The notes beneath the pieces are model-generated. The model saw nothing but the letters and a program-made list of their open reading frames with translations, was not told where the DNA came from and made no database searches. Position numbers and translations under genes: made by a program. Positions 58,923 to 64,000 of a stretch of DNA of 64,000 nucleotides are shown in pieces (the first letter of the stretch is position 1; each line of letters begins with the position of its first letter). The stretch comes from an uncultured Pseudomonadota bacterium (lineage in GTDB: Bacteria; Vulcanimicrobiota; Vulcanimicrobiia; Eremiobacterales; Eremiobacteraceae), in NCBI GenBank assembly GCA_963736005.1, contig CAVTNB010000001.1:1856001-1920000 (forward strand). Reading direction: 5' to 3'.

Positions 58923-60833
58923 ATGAGCAAGCATTTCGCGCGCCTGGAGCAACCCATGGTGCGCGACGGGCAGCGGCTTCGGGCTGCTTCGTGGGACGAA
59001 GCGCTCGATCGAGCTGCCGCTGGGTTTGCTTCCGCGAAGCGGGCGGCCGGTCCGAACGCTTTTGGGTTGTTTAGCTGCTCAAAGACGACCAACGAGCTGA
59101 ATTACCTCTCCCAGAAGTTTGCTCGTGCCGTCATGGGCTGCAACAACGTCGATAGCTGCAACCGGACCTGACACGCTCCAAGCGTCGCCGGTCTGGCGGC
59201 GGTTTTCGGAGCCGGCGGAGGCACGAACTCGTATCGGGAGGTTGAGGAAACCGACCTGATCATTCTTTGGGGGTCGAACGCGCGAGAAACGCATCCGATC
59301 TTCTTCCATCACGTCCTCAAGGGGATTCGCAACGGGGCTCGCTTGATCGTCGTCGATCCACGCCGCACGGGGACTGCGCAGTGGGCAGACACCTGGCTCG
59401 GACTCGATGTTGGAACGGATATCGCCCTTTCGAACGCGATGGCTCACGAAATCTTGCAAGGTGGGCTCGAACATCGCGCGTTCATCGAACATTCGACCAC
59501 TGGATTCGATGCCTACCGCGCGTCGCTTGGGCAGTACTCCCCACAAGCGGCGGAAAAAATGACCGGTGTGCCAGCAGAGGTTATCGCCGAAGTCGCTCGG
59601 GCGTACGCCAAGGCCGATCGAGCGATGATTTGCTGGACGCTTGGCATTACGGAGCACCACAACGCCGTCGACAACGTTTTCGCGCTCATCAACCTGGCGT
59701 TGCTGACAGGTCACGTGGGCCGATATGGTTGCGGGCTCAATCCTTTGCGCGGTCAAAACAACGTGCAGGGAGGCGGCGACATGGGCGCGATCCCGGATCG
59801 ATTGCCCGGTTTCCAAAGCGTGAGCGACCGCGAGTTGCGCGGAAAATTTGAGCGTGCCTGGGGTGTCGAGATTCCAGCACAGCGCGGCTGGCGCTTGAAC
59901 GAGATGTTCGAAGCGATCGAGCGCGGCGAACTTCGATCGCTGTACGTGATTGGTGAGAATCCGCTCGTCTCGGAAGCCGACCGCACTCGCGCCGAACATC
60001 TTTTGAGAAGCGTCGAACATCTCGTCGTCCAAGACATTGTCTTGACGCAGACCGCGGAAATTGCCGAGGTTGTCTTTCCAGCCGCAGCGGGGTGGTGTGA
60101 GTCTGAGGGCACCGTGACAAACAGCGAACGTCGCGTACAGCGCGTGCGCAAGCTCATGGAACCGCCGGGTGTGGCGCGCGACGACATCGACATTCTTTGC
60201 GAGCTGGCGCGTCGCTTGGGGCACGATCTCGGACATCCCACCGCCGAGGAGCTGTGGAACGAACTGCGCAGCTTGAGTCCGATGCATGCGGGCATGTCGT
60301 ACAAGCGCTTGGACGAACTGGGTGGCTTGCAATGGCCGTGCTACGACGGGCAGCATCCCGGGGAATTGTTCTTGCACGCTCGCCTGTGGGAGAACCCAGT
60401 GCGAGGTCCACTAGCCCCCTTCAATGTGGTCGAGCAAGAAGATCCGGTCGATACGTTGACTCCCGACTATCCCATTCGCCTGACCACCGGGCGAAGACTC
60501 GACTCGTTCAACTCAGGCGTGCAAAGCGGCGGGTACACCTCGCCGCTGCGTCGCGGCGAGTCGTTTGATATCTCTCCAGAGGATGCCGATCGCTACCGTG
60601 TAGCCGACGGTGAAGCCGTGCGCGTGACTTCGCGTCGGGGTTCGATAACAGTGCCAGTGCGCATCGATTCAACGCTGCGGCCGGGCTTGGCTTTCATGAC
60701 CTTTCATTTCGACGTGCCTACGAACGTGCTCACGATTGAAGCGAATGACCCGAAGTCGGGTACGGCCGAATTCAAGGCCTCGGCGGTACGTATCGAAAAG
60801 GTCGTCCCCGATACTGCCGGCGTCGGAGAGTAA
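58923..60833 (+). CDS. fdhF: Selenocysteine-containing formate dehydrogenase catalytic (molybdopterin) subunit
   Basis: ORFs 58923-59171 and 59343-60833 are in one frame; NVDSCNRT-TGA-HAPSVAGL matches the FdhF Sec site; PLRGQNNVQG, TNSERRVQ. Confidence 0.93.
59169..59201 (+). promoter_or_regulatory. Sec codon and bacterial SECIS element
   Basis: TGA 59169-71, 11-nt spacer, stem CGTCGCCG/TGGCGGCG (59183-59201) with apical GGTCT, as in the E. coli fdhF SECIS. Confidence 0.88.
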
Positions 60834-60835
60834 CG

Positions 60836-62683
60836 TTGGACCTTCATTTCACGCAGGATCAGGCATCGGCGCACGAGCGAGAAGCAGTCGATTCGGTCCT
60901 AGGTTCGCCGAGCTCAGGCTGGCAGGGAGGTCGGCGCTCGGAGCTCGATGGCCACGTTTCGGTCGGCGGCGCTGCGGCGCGTTCGCAGCGGCACAAACTC
61001 CTGCCGGTCCTCCATGCCTTGTCCGACAGGATCGGTTGGATCAGCGCCGGCGCACTCAACTATGCGTGCCTGCGGCTTTCGGTGCCACCCGCAGACGCTT
61101 ATGGCGTCGCCAGCTTTTACGGACTTTTTTCGACGGTGCCGAGGCCACCCGCGATCGTGCACGTCTGCGACGACATCGCTTGCAAGCTTGCCGGCGCAGA
61201 CGAGCTGTGCGCCAAACTCGAGAGCGCTCTAGGTCCGCCGGGAACGCCACTGCGCAGCGGTGCCATGACCTGGTTGCGCAGTCCCTGCCTTGGTCTTTGC
61301 GATCGAGCTCCGGCTGCACTGTCGGTGATTGCGCAACCATCCGGTGAAGCAGCGAACGCGCCGGTTGCTCCCGTCAGTGCGCAAAGCATGCTCGATGGGG
61401 TCGGGGGCGGCGCCTGGACAAAGTCAAAATTCAAGCCCGCCGTCACCCTTGGCCAGCCCGAACGACGGCTTTTGCGTCGTGTTGGTAAGGTGGATCCGGA
61501 GAAGCTCTCTGACTATCGGGCGGCCGGCGGTTTTGCTGCGCTGCAACGTGCAATCGAGATCGGCCCAAGCCAGATCGTGCAAGAAGTGCTTGCATCCAAA
61601 CTCATGGGCCGGGGAGGCGCGGCATTTCCCACGGCGCGTAAGTGGGAAGCGGTCGCGCGCGAACCGGCGCAACCTCATTATCTTATCTGTAACGCCGACG
61701 AGTCGGAACCGGGCACGTTTAAGGATCGCATCCTGATGGAAGAGGATCCGTTTGCCATGGTCGAGGCCATGACGATCGCCGCATTGGCGGGCGGCTGCGA
61801 GCATGGCTACCTCTACGTTCGCGGCGAGTATCCGCTCGCAACGAAGCGCATGCAAAACGCCATCGACGCCGCACGCTCGTGCGGCATGCTGGGTCATGAT
61901 ATCCAAGCATCAGGCTTCCATTTCGACATCGAAGTACAACGCGGAGCCGGAGCATATATTTGCGGCGAGGAGACTGCGCTCTTCAATTCGATCGAAGGAT
62001 ACCGCGGTGAACCGCGCAACAAACCGCCATTTCCCGTACAAAAGGGACTTTTCGGCAAGCCGACGATCGTCAATAACGTCGAGACCCTGGCCAACATCCC
62101 TGAGATCGTCCTTGCGGGAGGCAAAGCATTTGCCGCAATCGGCACGCCAGATTCCACTGGCACGAAGCTTTTTTGCCTCTCCGGACACGTTGCGCAGCCG
62201 GGACTCTACGAGGTTCCTTTTGGCACCAGCCTGAGGCAGCTCCTCGACCTTGCGGGCGGGGTGCGTGATGGCCGCAAGCTCAAGGCTGTGCTTCTTGGCG
62301 GGGCGGCGGGCTCGTTTGTCGCTCCAAGCGAGATCGATGTGCCGTTGTCATTCGAAGGCGTGCGCGCCATCGGCGCCTCGCTCGGGTCGGGCGTGGTGAT
62401 GGTCTTGGACGAAACGGCCGACCTTGCCGGCATTCTGCTTCGCATCGCCGCGTTTTTTCGCGACGAGTCGTGCGGACAGTGCGTTCCCTGCCGCGTTGGT
62501 ACGGTACGCCAAGAAGAGCTGGTGCGGCGCCTCGAGTCTGGCAAGACGCTCGGGCCCAACGCGCAGGAACGCAAGCTTTTGGCCGACATCGGGCAAGTCA
62601 TGCGCGATGCTTCCATTTGCGGACTCGGTCAAACCGCCTCGAGTGCCATCGAATCAGCCCTGTCGAAGTTTGATGTCTTTTAG
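60836..62683 (+). CDS. Fused NuoE/NuoF-like NAD(H)-binding flavoprotein subunit
   Basis: N-terminal 2Fe-2S (VASFY, CDDIAC, CLGLC); GRGGAAFP, NADESEPG, YICGEETAL, ESCGQCVPCRVG, SICGLG. Confidence 0.92.
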   Translation: MDLHFTQDQASAHEREAVDSVLGSPSSGWQGGRRSELDGHVSVGGAAARSQRHKLLPVLHALSDRIGWISAGALNYACLRLSVPPADAYGVASFYGLFSTVPRPPAIVHVCDDIACKLAGADELCAKLESALGPPGTPLRSGAMTWLRSPCLGLCDRAPAALSVIAQPSGEAANAPVAPVSAQSMLDGVGGGAWTKSKFKPAVTLGQPERRLLRRVGKVDPEKLSDYRAAGGFAALQRAIEIGPSQIVQEVLASKLMGRGGAAFPTARKWEAVAREPAQPHYLICNADESEPGTFKDRILMEEDPFAMVEAMTIAALAGGCEHGYLYVRGEYPLATKRMQNAIDAARSCGMLGHDIQASGFHFDIEVQRGAGAYICGEETALFNSIEGYRGEPRNKPPFPVQKGLFGKPTIVNNVETLANIPEIVLAGGKAFAAIGTPDSTGTKLFCLSGHVAQPGLYEVPFGTSLRQLLDLAGGVRDGRKLKAVLLGGAAGSFVAPSEIDVPLSFEGVRAIGASLGSGVVMVLDETADLAGILLRIAAFFRDESCGQCVPCRVGTVRQEELVRRLESGKTLGPNAQERKLLADIGQVMRDASICGLGQTASSAIESALSKFDVF

Positions 62684-62725
62684 ATGTGGCCGCGCGAACC
62701 ACTTCGCGCGTGCGAGAATCCGCAC

Positions 62726-63643
62726 ATGACCGACGCATCGAGCGTTGCGATCGAGATCGACGGCAAGAGCATCGCCGTGCCAGGCGGCGCTACGATTTTG
62801 CAAGCCTGCCGTACGGCCGGCATCGAGACGCCTACGCTCTGCTACCTGGAAAACTTGACCCCGGTCAACGTGTGTCGAGTGTGCGTCGTCGAGCTTGAAG
62901 GCTCGCGAGTACTCGTTCCCGCGTGTTCGCGCAAATGCGAGAACGGAATGAAGGTCAAGACGGACAGCGAGCGGGTGCGAACGAGCCGGCGCATGGTGCT
63001 CGAGTTTTTGGCTTCTACGGTTGACGTGTCGCTCGCAGACGACATGCAGGAACAAATGCGACGCTATGGTGCGAATCCGGAACGTTACGGCCAGCGCGAT
63101 CTGCCTTCGCCAGCCGGCAAGCGCGACGATGCTGTTTCCGGCCATCACCACGAGCCGTCAGGGACCGTTGCACAGACGGTGGCGCAGCCGGTCAAGGTGG
63201 ATAACGACCTCTACGTTCGCGACTACTCCAAGTGCATTCTGTGCTATAAGTGTGTCGAAGCCTGCGGCACGGATGCACAAAACACATTTGCCATCGCCGT
63301 TGCCGGGCGCGGCTTCGACGCACGGATCTCCACCGAGTATGCGGTGCCCTTGCCGGATTCGGCTTGCGTGTATTGCGGCAACTGCATCGGCGTGTGCCCG
63401 ACCGGCGCGCTGATGTTCAAAACAGAATACGATCGGCGAGCGGCCGATACGTGGGATGTTTCGCGTCAGACCGAAGGAGAGACGATCTGCCCGTACTGCG
63501 GCGTGGGGTGCAACCTAACGGTCCGCGTCCAAGAGGGAGAGATCGTTCGTGTGACCTCTCCTTTGGAGAGCAGCGTGACCCACGGTCACCTGTGCATCAA
63601 AGGGCGTTTTGGGTGGGAGTTCACGACGAAGCGCAAGACATAA
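62726..63643 (+). CDS. Iron-sulfur subunit equivalent to the N-terminal part of FdsA/NuoG-type proteins
   Basis: PTLC...CRVC...AC (2Fe-2S), CILCYKC...C and CVYCGNC...CP, TICPYCGVGC...LCIKGRFG. Confidence 0.9.
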   Translation: MTDASSVAIEIDGKSIAVPGGATILQACRTAGIETPTLCYLENLTPVNVCRVCVVELEGSRVLVPACSRKCENGMKVKTDSERVRTSRRMVLEFLASTVDVSLADDMQEQMRRYGANPERYGQRDLPSPAGKRDDAVSGHHHEPSGTVAQTVAQPVKVDNDLYVRDYSKCILCYKCVEACGTDAQNTFAIAVAGRGFDARISTEYAVPLPDSACVYCGNCIGVCPTGALMFKTEYDRRAADTWDVSRQTEGETICPYCGVGCNLTVRVQEGEIVRVTSPLESSVTHGHLCIKGRFGWEFTTKRKT

Positions 63644-63704
63644 TCGCGAATAAATTCGCGATACTACATTAAGAAAGATGTAGTCGCACGAATTTATTCG
63701 TGCG
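63643..63704. repeat. Back-to-back pair of family B REP-like hairpins
   Basis: ATCGCGAATAAATTCGCGAT-ACTAC, 12-nt spacer, GTAGT-CGCACGAATTTATTCGTGCG. Confidence 0.82.
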
Positions 63705-63715
63705 TTCGTCGCGAT

Positions 63716-63958
63716 CTACTTGTTGAAATAGTCCGCGTTAATTTGCGTGTACTCTTTCCACTCTCCCGGCACTTCGGTCTCGTTGTAGATCGCGTTCACC
63801 GGACACGCCGCCACGCAAGCGCCACAATCGATGCAGACGCTGGGATCGATGTAGAGCTGGGGGTCTTCGTCATTGCCTTTGATGCAGTCAACCGGGCACA
63901 CATCGATGCACGATTTATCCTTCACGGTGATGCACGGCTGGCAGATAACGTAGGTCAA
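63716..63958 (-). CDS. Ferredoxin (7Fe FdxA type)
   Basis: YVICQPC...CIDVCPVDCI...CIDCGACVAACPVNAI; TTG start with AGGAGG RBS. Confidence 0.93.
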   Translation of the reverse strand: MTYVICQPCITVKDKSCIDVCPVDCIKGNDEDPQLYIDPSVCIDCGACVAACPVNAIYNETEVPGEWKEYTQINADYFNK

Positions 63959-64000
63959 GAAGAGCCTCCTGGGTTATCGTGGATGCGAAGAGGGGTTCAG

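Noticed and set aside
59169..59171. Nonsense mutation making fdh a pseudogene
   Set aside because: The TGA is at the Sec position and is followed by a SECIS

Overview
A 64-kb chromosomal window of a moderately GC-rich diderm bacterium with Terrabacteria-type gene content: atp-murA-mreB/mbl order, RsbV-RsbW-SigB, an SLH-anchored porin, LptA and a TonB receptor. Eremiobacterota/Vulcanimicrobiota is a plausible guess only. No prophage, transposase, CRISPR array or rRNA is seen. Contents in order: end of the ATP synthase operon, murA, mreB, a six-hairpin glycosidase, tsaC, tandem LptA, pilB, rarA, iscS, ytxG/ytxH-rsbV-rsbW-sigB and alaS (14.8-18.6 kb is full of indel errors). Next is a large phosphate locus: phoBR-phoU-pstSCAB, a candidate sRNA, a TonB-dependent receptor, an SLH porin and a second intact but degenerate pstCAB. 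Then cbs-cgl, IclR/TldD-PmbA, tRNA-Leu, gdh, pqqABCDE (with a 31-aa pqqA missing from the ORF track), egtD facing an Opu-type ABC importer, c-di-GMP genes and a selenocysteine formate dehydrogenase with SECIS. The best candidate for a new system is the second pstCAB. Its ATPase has lost four catalytic motifs, and its PstA carries Gln at the Arg whose Arg-to-Gln change in E. coli uncouples transport from signalling. It sits in a locus with four Pho-type promoters sharing one geometry. Three families of GTAG-led REP-like hairpins are dispersed through the window. All calls are from reading the sequence; no searches were run.
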